Shown here: in pieces, positions 1-9,738 of the stretch | How the letters are laid out: every line of letters starts with the position of its first letter | How positions within the stretch are numbered: the first letter of the stretch is position 1 | Source of the DNA: Desulfobacterales bacterium | Lineage (GTDB): Bacteria > Desulfobacterota > Desulfobacteria > Desulfobacterales > UBA2174 | Length of the DNA stretch: 64,000 nucleotides | Assembly: GCA_963668645.2 (NCBI GenBank) | Contig: CAXXWC010000002.1 | Span: 85,024-149,023 of the forward strand | Direction of reading: 5' to 3' | Position numbers and translations under genes: made by a program | Notes under the pieces: generated by a model | The model's database searches: none | What the model was told of the DNA's origin: nothing | Seen by the model: the letters and a program-made list of their open reading frames with translations, nothing else

Positions 1-42
1 GATTTGCGCCAGAAGACTCAATCTTCTCCTCCCCGATTGCGA

Positions 43-957
43 CTATCGGTTGCGCTCGATGACGTAGCGGGCGATGGCCCGCAACGGTTTTGCCCTGTTA
101 TCAAATATTTCTATGGCTTGCAAGGCTTGAGCCACCAGCCCCCTGGCCATCTCGCGCGCGCTTTCCAGACCCAGCAGGGCAGGGTAGGTAAGCTTGCCGC
201 GGGCCGCATCGGTACCCACGGCCTTGCCCATCAAAACCGGATCGCCGGTCACGTTGAGAATGTCGTCGGCCACCTGAAAGGCCAGCCCCAGACAGGCGGC
301 GTATCGATCCAGGTGGTCCAGGTCGCCGGGCGAGGCTCCGGCCAGGCGCGCTCCGATGCTCACCGCGGCCCGGATAATGGCGCCGGTCTTGAGCCGGTGC
401 ATCGCCTCGAGGCCCTCCAGGCTGGGCGGCGCCTTTTCGGCTTGCATGTCGCGCATCTGGCCTTCGATCATGCCGCCATGGCCGGCCGCTGCGGCCAGTT
501 CGAAAACGATCTGGCGCCATACCTCGGCTTCCACTCCGCGGACCGCTTCAGGACGGCTCAAGATCTCGAATGCCAGGGTCAACAGGGCGTCTCCGGCCAA
601 AATCGCCGTGGCCTCGTCAAAGGCCACGTGGCAGGTGGGCCGGCCGCGCCGGGTGCAGTCATCGTCCATAGCGGGCAGATCGTCGTGGATCAGTGAATAG
701 GTATGCACCATTTCCAGGGCGCATGCTGCGGCGGTGAGCGCCTCGTCAGGGGCGCTGCCGACCGCTTGGGCCGCGGCTCTGCACAGGATCGGCCGCAGGC
801 GCTTGCCGCCGCCCAATAAAGAGTGGGCCATGGCTTCGACGATCCGCGCTTTAGGCTGCGGGGTTTGCAGGTAATTTTCCAAGGCCCCATCGATCCGGGC
901 CGCCGAATCGGCCAGATATTGCTTGAGATCGAACGGCTCAGGACTCTTCAAGGTCAT
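43..957 (-). CDS. ispA: Farnesyl diphosphate synthase / geranyltranstransferase
   Basis: GGKRLRP, SLIHDDLPAMD and FQVADD motifs; follows xseB as usual. Confidence 0.93.
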   Translation of the reverse strand: MTLKSPEPFDLKQYLADSAARIDGALENYLQTPQPKARIVEAMAHSLLGGGKRLRPILCRAAAQAVGSAPDEALTAAACALEMVHTYSLIHDDLPAMDDDCTRRGRPTCHVAFDEATAILAGDALLTLAFEILSRPEAVRGVEAEVWRQIVFELAAAAGHGGMIEGQMRDMQAEKAPPSLEGLEAMHRLKTGAIIRAAVSIGARLAGASPGDLDHLDRYAACLGLAFQVADDILNVTGDPVLMGKAVGTDAARGKLTYPALLGLESAREMARGLVAQALQAIEIFDNRAKPLRAIARYVIERNR

Positions 958-1183
958 CCTCGGGAGGTTGCATCGGTTTTTCGGTCAGCTGTCCGTCCTT
1001 GTCCATCATCAGAACACCGATCCTTTTTTCGGTCTCGTCCAGCTTTTGGCTGCAAAACCGCGCCAGACGCATCCCTTCCTCGAATTTACGGATCGCCGCC
1101 TCGAGCGGCGGATCGCCGTTTTCCAGTTCGGCCACGATCCGTTCGAGCCGTTCCATGGCGGATTCGAAATTCTGTTGGGCCAT
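938..1183 (-). CDS. xseB: Exodeoxyribonuclease VII small subunit
   Basis: FESAMERLERIVAELE...FEEGMRL pattern, 81 aa, next to xseA. Confidence 0.95.
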   Translation of the reverse strand: MAQQNFESAMERLERIVAELENGDPPLEAAIRKFEEGMRLARFCSQKLDETEKRIGVLMMDKDGQLTEKPMQPPEDDLEES

Positions 1184-1252
1184 GCCGTATTCCCCGTTAA
1201 TTGGATTGGGAGCGTTAAAAAAATCAAGATCTTTGGAATCGTTGATGCGGCG

Positions 1253-2614
1253 CTAGATCACGCGCACCTTCAGCCGTCCCCGGGCCAGGAGGATCTCCAA
1301 GGTCTGATCAGGAGCCGCCTCGCCGGCCTGCCGCACCACCCGATGATCCGGCAGGGTGCGGGTGATGCTGTAGCCGCGCTCCAAGACCGCCAAAGGGCTA
1401 AGGGCCGTCAAACGCGCGGACAGGGGCCCAAGGTGCTGGCGCCGCATCGCGAGCCACAAGCGCTGAGCCGCCCAAAGCCGGTCCAGGCAGCCTCCCAGCT
1501 TCTGCCGCGCCCCTTCAAGCCGGCGCTGCGGATGAGTCGCGTTCAGCCGGGCGCCGAGCCATTGCAGGCGGCTGTGATTCTTGTCCATACGCTTTGCGAC
1601 AGCTCGCCGCAAGCGGGCCTCCAATTCGTCGATGCGCAGACGGGCATCGTCGATGCGCCGCCGCTGTACCGCCAGATGGGCGGCAACAGTATTGATGCGG
1701 GCCCGGCGCAGGGCCGCATAGTTTCTCCACCAGGTCTCCAGCACCCGGGTCAGACGCGCCAGCCTGGCGGCCAGCTCGATCCGGTCCGGGACGATCATTT
1801 CAGCGGCCGCGGACGGGGTCGGCGCCCGCAGGTCGGCCACCAGGTCGGCGATGGTCAGGTCGGTTTCATGCCCCACGGCTGAAACCACCGGCAACTGCGA
1901 CGCCGCGATGGCCCGGGCCACCGGTTCGCTATTAAAGGCCTGCAGGTCTTCAAGGCTGCCGCCGCCGCGCGCCAGGATGATCAGGTCGGCGCTGGCGTCC
2001 TGATTGGCCGATTCGATGGCCTGCACCAGGTCCGAAACCGCCGCGGCCCCCTGGACCGCAGCCGGTACCAGCTGAATGGCCAGGCAGGGAAAACGCCGCC
2101 AGGCGACTTTGCAGATATCGCGCCATACGGCGCCGCTCAAGGAAGTGATGACGCTGATCTTGCGCGGCAGCGGCGGCAGCGGCCGTTTTCTTGACGCCGC
2201 AAAAAGGCCTTCGGCGGACAGGCGGGCCTTGAGCGCTTCGAAGGCCTGTTGCAAGGCGCCGGCGCCGGAAGGTTCGAGGTATTCAAAAATCACCTGGTAG
2301 GTGCCGCGCGGTGCGTAGACCCCGATGCGGCCCAGTCCCATGACCTGGTCGCCGTCGCCGGGGGAAAATTTGAGGGCCCTGAGCTGGGGGCGGAACAATA
2401 CAGCTCCGATCTGGGCACCGGCATCTTTAAGGGTAAAGTAGGCATGGCCTGAAGCGGCGATCTTGAAATTGGATATCTCACCGGCAATCCAGATAAAATC
2501 AAGAGAATCTTCAAGTATGAATTTTATTTTTTGGGTCAGGTCCGAAACCGTTAAAATCTGTCGCGCCTCGGGCTTCGAATTCACAGGAAAGATGGTGTTG
2601 CGATTGCTGACCAT
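1253..2614 (-). CDS. xseA: Exodeoxyribonuclease VII large subunit
   Basis: GEISN..SGHAYFTLKD, RGGGSLEDL, SAVGHETD, RAPTPSAAAE motifs. Confidence 0.96.
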   Translation of the reverse strand: MVSNRNTIFPVNSKPEARQILTVSDLTQKIKFILEDSLDFIWIAGEISNFKIAASGHAYFTLKDAGAQIGAVLFRPQLRALKFSPGDGDQVMGLGRIGVYAPRGTYQVIFEYLEPSGAGALQQAFEALKARLSAEGLFAASRKRPLPPLPRKISVITSLSGAVWRDICKVAWRRFPCLAIQLVPAAVQGAAAVSDLVQAIESANQDASADLIILARGGGSLEDLQAFNSEPVARAIAASQLPVVSAVGHETDLTIADLVADLRAPTPSAAAEMIVPDRIELAARLARLTRVLETWWRNYAALRRARINTVAAHLAVQRRRIDDARLRIDELEARLRRAVAKRMDKNHSRLQWLGARLNATHPQRRLEGARQKLGGCLDRLWAAQRLWLAMRRQHLGPLSARLTALSPLAVLERGYSITRTLPDHRVVRQAGEAAPDQTLEILLARGRLKVRVI

Positions 2615-2701
2615 GAGATCGGGCCCTTAACGACCTTGACGGCATGCTGCGACCGGTGGCCGGCCTGGCGCTGGAAAGGTCCTCTCCTGGAGTCGGCTTG
2701 A

Positions 2702-2729
2702 ATGTCGCATAAGATATATTATGTAAACT
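2702..2729 (+). other. dif: Chromosomal dif site (XerC/XerD dimer resolution site)
   Basis: ATGTCGCATAA-GATATA-TTATGTAAACT has the 11-6-11 architecture and closely matches E. coli dif GGTGCGCATAA-TGTATA-TTATGTTAAAT; intergenic. Confidence 0.85.
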
Positions 2730-3020
2730 TTATCGGTCAGCTTCGGATTCGCCGGGCATCCCGTGCTTTTTCAGCAGGTCCCTCACCGCCGGCACCATGA
2801 AGACCGCTTCGCTGTCCAAAGCGGCCAGGGCCTCGGCCAGAAGCTCTATCTTTTCGCGCATGGGGCAGTGTTTGTCCATGATAAAATAGATTCTTCCACG
2901 AATCCTGCACATACCGCTGCGGGCGCGGACCCCGGTGGCCTTGAAGCTGTGTTCGACCACCGTCACGCCGAGCCGTTCGGCGGCATTTTTGAGTTCCTCG
3001 TATAGGTGAAGGGCTTTCAT
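2730..3020 (-). CDS. Small hypothetical protein
   Basis: Intergenic ORF (RSGMCRIRG...MVPAVRDLL) with protein-like composition; start chosen at MKAL. Confidence 0.7.
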   Translation of the reverse strand: MKALHLYEELKNAAERLGVTVVEHSFKATGVRARSGMCRIRGRIYFIMDKHCPMREKIELLAEALAALDSEAVFMVPAVRDLLKKHGMPGESEADR

Positions 3021-3114
3021 GTTGAAATTGCACAACCCTGTGTTATATTTGGGCCGTCACTTTTGAGAGGTAGATTTAAATGCGTTCAACCCAACTCGGC
3101 TCATAGGAGGCACA

Positions 3115-3825
3115 ATGCGCAACTCGGCACCTTTTCTGTCAACGACCCAAGCCCAAGTCCAGGTCAACGCGTTCGTGCGCGGGGTTTACAACTGGATGGC
3201 CATCGGTCTGGGCCTGACGGCGCTGACGGCCTTTTTTGTCGCGGGCAGCGAAACTTTGCTGCGTTTGATCTTCGGTAACCCCGTCGTCTTTTTCGGGCTG
3301 ATCATCGGCGAACTGGCCCTGGTCTGGTCCCTGGCCGCCCGGGTGCATCGCATGCAGGCCGGTACGGCCACCAACCTTTTTATTCTTTACGCGGTGCTTA
3401 ACGGGGCGACCTTGTCGGTGATTTTCCTCCGTTACACCATGTCTTCCATCGCCTCAACCTTCGTGGTCTGCGCGGCCACTTTCCTGGCCATGAGCATCTA
3501 CGGTTGGACCACTAAAAAAGATCTGACCTCATGGGGCAGCTTCCTTTTCATGGGGCTGATCGGCATCATCATCGCCTCGCTGGTCAACATTTTCGTTCGA
3601 AGCAGCGCCATGGCGATGATCATCAGCTACGTCGGAGTGCTGATCTTCGTGGGGCTGACCGCCTATGACACCCAGAAAATCAAGGCCATGGCAATGGCCC
3701 AGCCGGCCGGCCTCGACGCCGCTGTGATCCGCAAGGGGTCGATCCTCGGGGCTCTGACCCTCTACCTGGACTTCGTCAACCTCTTTTTGATGCTGATCCA
3801 CATCTTGGGCGGCAGCCGCGACTAA
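3115..3825 (+). CDS. yccA: Bax inhibitor-1/YccA family membrane protein
   Basis: About seven hydrophobic segments, LTAYDTQKIK and ALTLYLDFVNLF motifs; AGGAGG RBS. Confidence 0.92.
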   Translation: MRNSAPFLSTTQAQVQVNAFVRGVYNWMAIGLGLTALTAFFVAGSETLLRLIFGNPVVFFGLIIGELALVWSLAARVHRMQAGTATNLFILYAVLNGATLSVIFLRYTMSSIASTFVVCAATFLAMSIYGWTTKKDLTSWGSFLFMGLIGIIIASLVNIFVRSSAMAMIISYVGVLIFVGLTAYDTQKIKAMAMAQPAGLDAAVIRKGSILGALTLYLDFVNLFLMLIHILGGSRD

Positions 3826-3850
3826 AACCAACTTGTTGTTACAACTCCTG

Positions 3851-3889
3851 TTTACGATCCCCGGCGCCCTTCGGTCCGGGGATCGTAAA
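3851..3889. terminator. Probable bidirectional terminator
   Basis: TTTACGATCCCCGG...CCGGGGATCGTAAA 14-bp stem between convergent genes. Confidence 0.7.
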
Positions 3890-3891
3890 TT

Positions 3892-5247
3892 TTAACCGAC
3901 CGCCTGGCGCACCGCATCGGCAATGCGCCGACACATCGCCGCGGTTTTTCCGGGGTGCGGCCCTTCCACCATGACCCGGCAGACCGGCTGGGTGCCTGAG
4001 TAACGGACCAGCACCCTTCCCTGCCCTTCGAGTTCCTTTTCCACCGCCGCAATCTGCCTCATCACCGCATCCAACTCTTCCAGGGGCGGTTTGGTTTTCA
4101 CGTCAACGGTCATCAGAACCTGGGGACGGACGGTCATGACCCGGGCCAGTTCGGACAGCGGCTTGCCGCTGGAGGCCACCACGCCCATCAATCGGAGCCC
4201 GGAAAGGATCCCGTCGCCCGTGGTGTGCAAACCCCGCAGGATGATATGTCCCGAATCCTCGCCGCCCAGCACGGCGCCGGTGCGCTGCATGACCTCCATG
4301 ACCCGGCGGTCGCCCACATCACTGGTATGATGGACGATGCCGAGACCTCGCAGCGCCAGGCCCAGTCCCAGGTTGCTCATCACTGTCGTCACCACGCTGC
4401 GCGGAACGAGCGTTTTGCGCCGATCCATGTCCCGGGCCAGGATCGCGATGCTCTGATCCCCGGTGAGCACCTGCCCGGTTTCATCCACCGCCACCACCCG
4501 GTCGGCGTCCCCGTCAAAGGCCAAACCGGCGTGGGCCCCGATCTGTACCACCTTGCGGGCCAGGTCCCGGGGATGTTCCGAACCGCAGCCGGCATTGATG
4601 TTGCGCCCGTCAGGATGGGCCGCCATCACTGTCACCCTGGCCCCCAGGTCGGCGAAAACCAGCGGTGCTAAGCGGCTTGCGGCGCCGTTGGCGCAGTCGA
4701 GAACCAGATCGAGACCTTCCAACATTCCTGCGGCCCTGCCGGCCTCGACCAGAAAACGGCGGTAGGCCTCCAGCGGATCCTGGAGCGGGAGGGACATTGC
4801 GGCCGGTTCGCTGGGCCGCGCCGGCGGTCCGGTACTGCCGTCAAGGAGATGGTTTTCGATCTCGTTTTCCAGCCGATCGTCGATTTTCATTCCTGCAGCG
4901 TCAAAAATCTTGATCCCATTGTCCTCGTACGGATTGTGGGAAGCCGAAATCATGATCCCCAGGGGCGCACCGGTGCTCGCCACCAGATGCGCCACGGCGG
5001 GCGTGGGCAACACCCCCACGCGAACAGCACCCATCCCGGCCGCTAGAATTCCGGCGGCTGCGGCCTGGGCCAGCATATCCCCTGAAATGCGCGTATCTTG
5101 TCCGATGACCGCCGGTGCAGCGGCATCCGCGGCCCTGCTTCCCATCACCTCAGCCGCGGCGCGGCCGACGCGCAAGGCGGTTTCGGCATCCATCGGATAT
5201 CGGTTAGCCAGCCCTCGAATGCCGTCGGTTCCGAATAAACGTCCCAT
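3892..5247 (-). CDS. glmM: Phosphoglucosamine mutase
   Basis: FGTDGIRG, ISASHNP, FDGDADR, GGEDSGH, RYSGT motifs. Confidence 0.94.
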   Translation of the reverse strand: MGRLFGTDGIRGLANRYPMDAETALRVGRAAAEVMGSRAADAAAPAVIGQDTRISGDMLAQAAAAGILAAGMGAVRVGVLPTPAVAHLVASTGAPLGIMISASHNPYEDNGIKIFDAAGMKIDDRLENEIENHLLDGSTGPPARPSEPAAMSLPLQDPLEAYRRFLVEAGRAAGMLEGLDLVLDCANGAASRLAPLVFADLGARVTVMAAHPDGRNINAGCGSEHPRDLARKVVQIGAHAGLAFDGDADRVVAVDETGQVLTGDQSIAILARDMDRRKTLVPRSVVTTVMSNLGLGLALRGLGIVHHTSDVGDRRVMEVMQRTGAVLGGEDSGHIILRGLHTTGDGILSGLRLMGVVASSGKPLSELARVMTVRPQVLMTVDVKTKPPLEELDAVMRQIAAVEKELEGQGRVLVRYSGTQPVCRVMVEGPHPGKTAAMCRRIADAVRQAVG

Positions 5248-5271
5248 CGCAACTCCTGAAAATCGATTCTA

Positions 5272-6507
5272 TCAATCACCGTCCAAGGGCGCCCGCGGTG
5301 CCCCGGAGACGGAAACCTGGGCCATGGCCTTTTGCACCGTCCGATCCACGATCCGCTGCAGCCAGGTCCGGCCCGCGCTGCGGGTCTCCTCGGGCAAGGT
5401 GCGGATGGTCCGGAGATACTCGCCGGCACAGCCATCGCTTGCGGCTGCCAATGCTTCCAAAAACCGGTTCTTGTCCCCATCTTCGCAAGGCGGTTCGACC
5501 CGCAAACCGGTCAGGGTCTGCACCAATGCCGGCCAGCCCCGCTCATAGGCCGGATCAGGGCCCGTTTCGTCCGGTGCGGGGAGGATTTTCGTGCCGAGCT
5601 GCTCCAGGCGCCGGATCCGTTCGTCCAGGGCCAGATCGAGGGTTTCCATCAGGGCCTGCCATACGGGCATCGGCAGGCGCGGTCCGATGAAGTCGCCGCG
5701 CACCTGCCGGTACCAGTCCCTCAAGGCCAGCAGGTTGCCGATATAGGTCAAGTTGTTGATCAGGATCCGGCGCAGGCCCTTATACGCCCCCGGCCGGTAG
5801 GCGATGTTTCCCTGATGACCTGGGCCGCCCACCAGCAGTCTGCCGCAGCGCAGTTCGTCCTTGCGGATCAGTGTGCCTGCCGCGGCCACGGTGCCGAACC
5901 CCAGGCGGCAGGGGCCCACCATCCCCCCCTGGCCACCGAGAAATATGGCTGGCCGGTCAAGCATGACACCCGCCGGAACGTCGCCGATCAGCGAGGGGGT
6001 GGCCTTGTCCTGGTGGGGCGTGAAATTAAAATGGATATAACTGCTGCCCACCTCGCTGTGATTGTCGGGGCCTGTGCCGCCGGCCATGAGGCAGTCGCAA
6101 AAATTGATCAGGCTGCCGAGCGTCACGAAGGGGAACAAGATCGTCTGCTTGAGTCCCACCGCGTGGGCCGTGCGCGCGCCTTCTTCCAGGATGGTTCCTT
6201 CGCGCACGTGGGCGTTGGCGCCGAGGCTGGCTCCGGCCAGCAGGACGGCCCCGTGACAGTATCCGGAACAGACCGCGGCTCCGGGTCCGAGAGCACTTTG
6301 CGAAACAGTTGCCGGCCCCTCGGTTCCGATGCGCGCACCGGCGCCGATATAGGTCCGGTCTCCGATAAGGCGGGTTCCAGGATACAGAATGGTCCCCGGT
6401 CCTTGGATGCGATCAGGATTCACCCGAGGATCGATCCAGACCTGGGCCGGATCCGGAATCTCCACCCCTTGGTGGGTGAGCCGGTTCAAGTCGAAGGCGG
6501 GTTTCAT
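5272..6507 (-). CDS. GlmU-related left-handed beta-helix (hexapeptide) protein
   Basis: Starts like the GlmU acetyltransferase domain (GVEIPDPAQVWID..., AHVREGT); directly upstream of glmM. Confidence 0.65.
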   Translation of the reverse strand: MKPAFDLNRLTHQGVEIPDPAQVWIDPRVNPDRIQGPGTILYPGTRLIGDRTYIGAGARIGTEGPATVSQSALGPGAAVCSGYCHGAVLLAGASLGANAHVREGTILEEGARTAHAVGLKQTILFPFVTLGSLINFCDCLMAGGTGPDNHSEVGSSYIHFNFTPHQDKATPSLIGDVPAGVMLDRPAIFLGGQGGMVGPCRLGFGTVAAAGTLIRKDELRCGRLLVGGPGHQGNIAYRPGAYKGLRRILINNLTYIGNLLALRDWYRQVRGDFIGPRLPMPVWQALMETLDLALDERIRRLEQLGTKILPAPDETGPDPAYERGWPALVQTLTGLRVEPPCEDGDKNRFLEALAAASDGCAGEYLRTIRTLPEETRSAGRTWLQRIVDRTVQKAMAQVSVSGAPRAPLDGD

Positions 6508-6537
6508 AGATTGATGACCTGTAAGTAGGGGGTGCGT

Positions 6538-7914
6538 TTAATCCGGCACCAAGTCGTAAAAATAGAGCATGGCGTCCGAGCGGGTCACAATGCCGATGAT
6601 CCTGCCGTTGTCCACCACCGGCAGCCGCCCCACATCGTGCTTGACCATGACCCGGGCAGCCTCCAGGGGGCTGGCGCCCGGTGCGATGGTCTGAACCCGG
6701 GGGCTCATGAACGCCTTGACCGGAGCGTCGTACTGCGAATCGCGTTTGAGTTTGCGAAAATCGCGCCTCGAGATCACCCCCACCAGGGTTTCGCCGTCCA
6801 CCACCGGCAGGCCGGTGCAGCCCTTTTCTTTCAGGATATTGGCAACCTCGCGCATGGGGCAGTCCAGCGCAACGGTGTGAACCGGAAAGGACATCATGTC
6901 GCTCACCTGCACCGATGCGCGCTGGTTGCCCCGGATCAACTCGAGAATCATCTCCTCTACCACTTCGGGGTTGACATCGTGCAGGACAGCGGATCCGGCT
7001 CCCGGATGGCCGCCGCCGCCCAGAGCCTGCATGATGCGCCCGACGCTCAGTCCGTCGACATGACTGCGGCCGATCACCATGCACCGGTCGGCGTCCGGGC
7101 TGGTAAAGATGCCGAAGGCCGCATCCACGTTGATCAGTTCACGGTACATGCGCACCACCACGGCCAAGCCGTCCACATGCCCGCCCACATCCTGGCGGTT
7201 GACGCTCACCGTGTAGCCGGCCACCCGGGTGCGCCGGGCGCTTTTGATCATCTCGAAGAGGATGTTCTTCTGTTTTTCTCCGTAAGCCGGGCGCAGAAAA
7301 GAGCCGAGAACGTTCAGGTCGGCGCGCCGCTCCATCAGCCAAGCGGCGGCATAGGCGTCCTCTGGCCGGGTCGAGGGAAAGGTCAGATGGCCGGTGTCCT
7401 CGTGCAGGCCGATGAGAAACAGGGTGGCTTGAATGGGGGTGATCAGTTGGCGCCGGACACGCAGTTCCTGGACAAGCAGGGTGATGGCGGCACCGGTTTC
7501 GGCCTGGTAGGCCTCGCCGGCGGCGATGTTGCCCCCGTTGCCATGGTGATCCCATAGGATGATGTCCAGGCCGCTGCGCTTTTTCAGCCGTCCAAGCCCT
7601 TCGAGCCGCTCCCAGCGGTTGGTGTCCACCACTACCAGGCGGCCGACCTTCTCAAGATCAATATCCTTGGCCAGCCGGTAGCCGAACATATCCTTGTGGA
7701 TCGACAAAAAGGCGCGCACGTTGGGGTTGAGGCTGCGGGGCAGCACGGCCAGCGTCCCGGGGTAAAGCAAGGTGGCGGCCATCACCGATGCCAGGGCGTC
7801 AAAGTCGGTATTGCGATGGGTGGCGACAATCTGCAGTGAATCGGCGCTCTCCTTCGCGTTTCCTGCCGGACCGGCATCCTGGATGCCGCCGTTGAAATGA
7901 TCTGTAGGTATCAT
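6538..7914 (-). CDS. DHH/DHHA1 phosphoesterase with tandem CBS domains
   Basis: HRNTDFDA, VVVDT, WDHH, GGGGHPGA motifs, then a CBS pair. Confidence 0.85.
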   Translation of the reverse strand: MIPTDHFNGGIQDAGPAGNAKESADSLQIVATHRNTDFDALASVMAATLLYPGTLAVLPRSLNPNVRAFLSIHKDMFGYRLAKDIDLEKVGRLVVVDTNRWERLEGLGRLKKRSGLDIILWDHHGNGGNIAAGEAYQAETGAAITLLVQELRVRRQLITPIQATLFLIGLHEDTGHLTFPSTRPEDAYAAAWLMERRADLNVLGSFLRPAYGEKQKNILFEMIKSARRTRVAGYTVSVNRQDVGGHVDGLAVVVRMYRELINVDAAFGIFTSPDADRCMVIGRSHVDGLSVGRIMQALGGGGHPGAGSAVLHDVNPEVVEEMILELIRGNQRASVQVSDMMSFPVHTVALDCPMREVANILKEKGCTGLPVVDGETLVGVISRRDFRKLKRDSQYDAPVKAFMSPRVQTIAPGASPLEAARVMVKHDVGRLPVVDNGRIIGIVTRSDAMLYFYDLVPD

Positions 7915-8738
7915 CTGTCTTGGGAGGTGTCGTCGGCCTGCCAGGCCGCTGTAATGGCCGGCGGAGCATCGGGCGGCGGGAGCAGCCCCCGACTCTCCGG
8001 GCGGTTTTGGTACTCGAGTTGGAGCCGATACTTTTCCACTTCGACCCGGCTTTCAATGGTTCTGCGTGCCAGCAGATAACGCAGATAGACGATCCAGGCC
8101 ACGAGACCGAATCCGAGAATCGCCGCGCCGAGAAAAAACCACTTGAAGCGCAGGATGGTTTCGAGCCCCATCCGCCCGATGTCGAGAATCAGGTTGGGAA
8201 CGATCCAGTAAGCCAGAACGGCCATGAGAATCAAGGATCCGATTACGAAAACGTTGAAGCGCGAAAATCGGTGCACGAAGCGTTCGAAACCGGTTTCATC
8301 CTTTTGCGGCAAATCCGCCGCGGCCCCCGAAGCGCCCGGCGTATGCTCGACCTCGGTGCCGCACAGCCGCTGATAGACGCGCACCAAAAAGACAAAAAGC
8401 ATGATCAGGCCCACCGGCAGCCCCACCGCCGCCACGAACCAGGCACGGAAGGGAAAGGGGCGATCCCGGCTGGTGAGGCGGACTTCGTAGTTTTCCAAAG
8501 GCCCGAATGTTTTTTCGAAGTAGTAGCGATTGAATTTGCTCAGGTTCTGCCCGTCGGTCTCATAGATCAGGCTGCCTTGCGGGCTGTAGACCTGCAGCCA
8601 GGACTGGCGCCCGGACTTCATGGCAGCCAGGGCAAAGATTTCCAGCTCGATCAAAAGCAGTCCGACGAGCACCAGGGCAAAAAAGGTTTTATGCTCCCGG
8701 AAAAGGGTAGAAAAGTGGCGTGATTCGCTCATCGTCAT
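7911..8738 (-). CDS. Hypothetical membrane protein
   Basis: About four hydrophobic segments; 4-bp overlap with the downstream gene. Confidence 0.75.
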   Translation of the reverse strand: MTMSESRHFSTLFREHKTFFALVLVGLLLIELEIFALAAMKSGRQSWLQVYSPQGSLIYETDGQNLSKFNRYYFEKTFGPLENYEVRLTSRDRPFPFRAWFVAAVGLPVGLIMLFVFLVRVYQRLCGTEVEHTPGASGAAADLPQKDETGFERFVHRFSRFNVFVIGSLILMAVLAYWIVPNLILDIGRMGLETILRFKWFFLGAAILGFGLVAWIVYLRYLLARRTIESRVEVEKYRLQLEYQNRPESRGLLPPPDAPPAITAAWQADDTSQDR

Positions 8739-9171
8739 CCTGTTGGTTTGAAATGACCGCTACGGCACTTGAATTAACATAAGCGGGGCTTGCCGCTCAA
8801 GGCACAAAACCGCGAGGACTTGCGCCGTATCTGCCTAGACAGGCACAGCGATCCGGACCAACGGGCACTAACCGCCTCAGACAGTTCCGGACCGGCCGCC
8901 AGGATCACCCCCGGGCCGCCTCGTTCAAACCTGGCAGACCGTGGGGTTCAGGAATTTTCAACGACTTTTCCGATTTCTGCCACTTTCCTGTCGCTATTGA
9001 TCAACGCTACGAGCCAGCCGGCGGCCTTCCGGGCGGTCCCGGCACAGCGACAGGCGCGCGCTGCCTGAAGACCTTGGGCACGTTGCCCCCGCTATCGCTT
9101 GCAGTCGCCTGCCAAAGGGGCTATAGGTGCCACTGGCAGTTCAATCCGTTTTTTGGGAAAAGAATTTGATC

Positions 9172-9729
9172 ATGAACAAAGCCATCATATCCGTTTTGGG
9201 AAAAGACCGGCCGGGGATCATCGCCGCCGTTTCCGGCGCTCTGTTGGAAGCGGACTGCAATATCGAAAACGTCTCCCAGACCATACTGCAATCCGAGTTT
9301 TCGGGGATCTTCATCGTATCCTTGCCCGAAACGATGAGTCTGGATGACTTGCATACGGCCCTGCAAACCCGCCTGGCCCCTCTGCACCAGCAGATCCATG
9401 TCAAACCGGTTTCGGAGCCAAACGCATACACCGCACCCCCGGAAGCCTGCGAGCCGTTCGTGATCACCACCCGCGGCCCGGACCGCAAGGGGCTGGTGGC
9501 CGGCATCACTGCAGTCATCGCCGGCCACGGGGTCAATGTCACCAATCTCCAGGCGGTTTTCAAAGGCGGCCAAGCACCCGTCGACAACATCATGATCTAC
9601 GAGGTGGATGTGCCGGCCGGGGTGGATCAGAAGCGGCTTCGCAGCGACTTGCGCATCCGGGCCGCCGAACTCGACATGCAGATCAGCATCCAGCACCGGC
9701 ACATCTTCGAGGCCTTGAACCGCATCTGA
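9172..9729 (+). CDS. ACT-domain protein (GcvR-like)
   Basis: Two ACT repeats (GKDRPGII, GPDRKGLV); typical partner of DUF711. Confidence 0.85.
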   Translation: MNKAIISVLGKDRPGIIAAVSGALLEADCNIENVSQTILQSEFSGIFIVSLPETMSLDDLHTALQTRLAPLHQQIHVKPVSEPNAYTAPPEACEPFVITTRGPDRKGLVAGITAVIAGHGVNVTNLQAVFKGGQAPVDNIMIYEVDVPAGVDQKRLRSDLRIRAAELDMQISIQHRHIFEALNRI

Positions 9730-9738
9730 AGGACAATC

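Noticed and set aside
8739..9171. Glycine, c-di-AMP or c-di-GMP riboswitch, 6S or SRP RNA
   Set aside because: Diagnostic conserved motifs for these families were not found on either strand.
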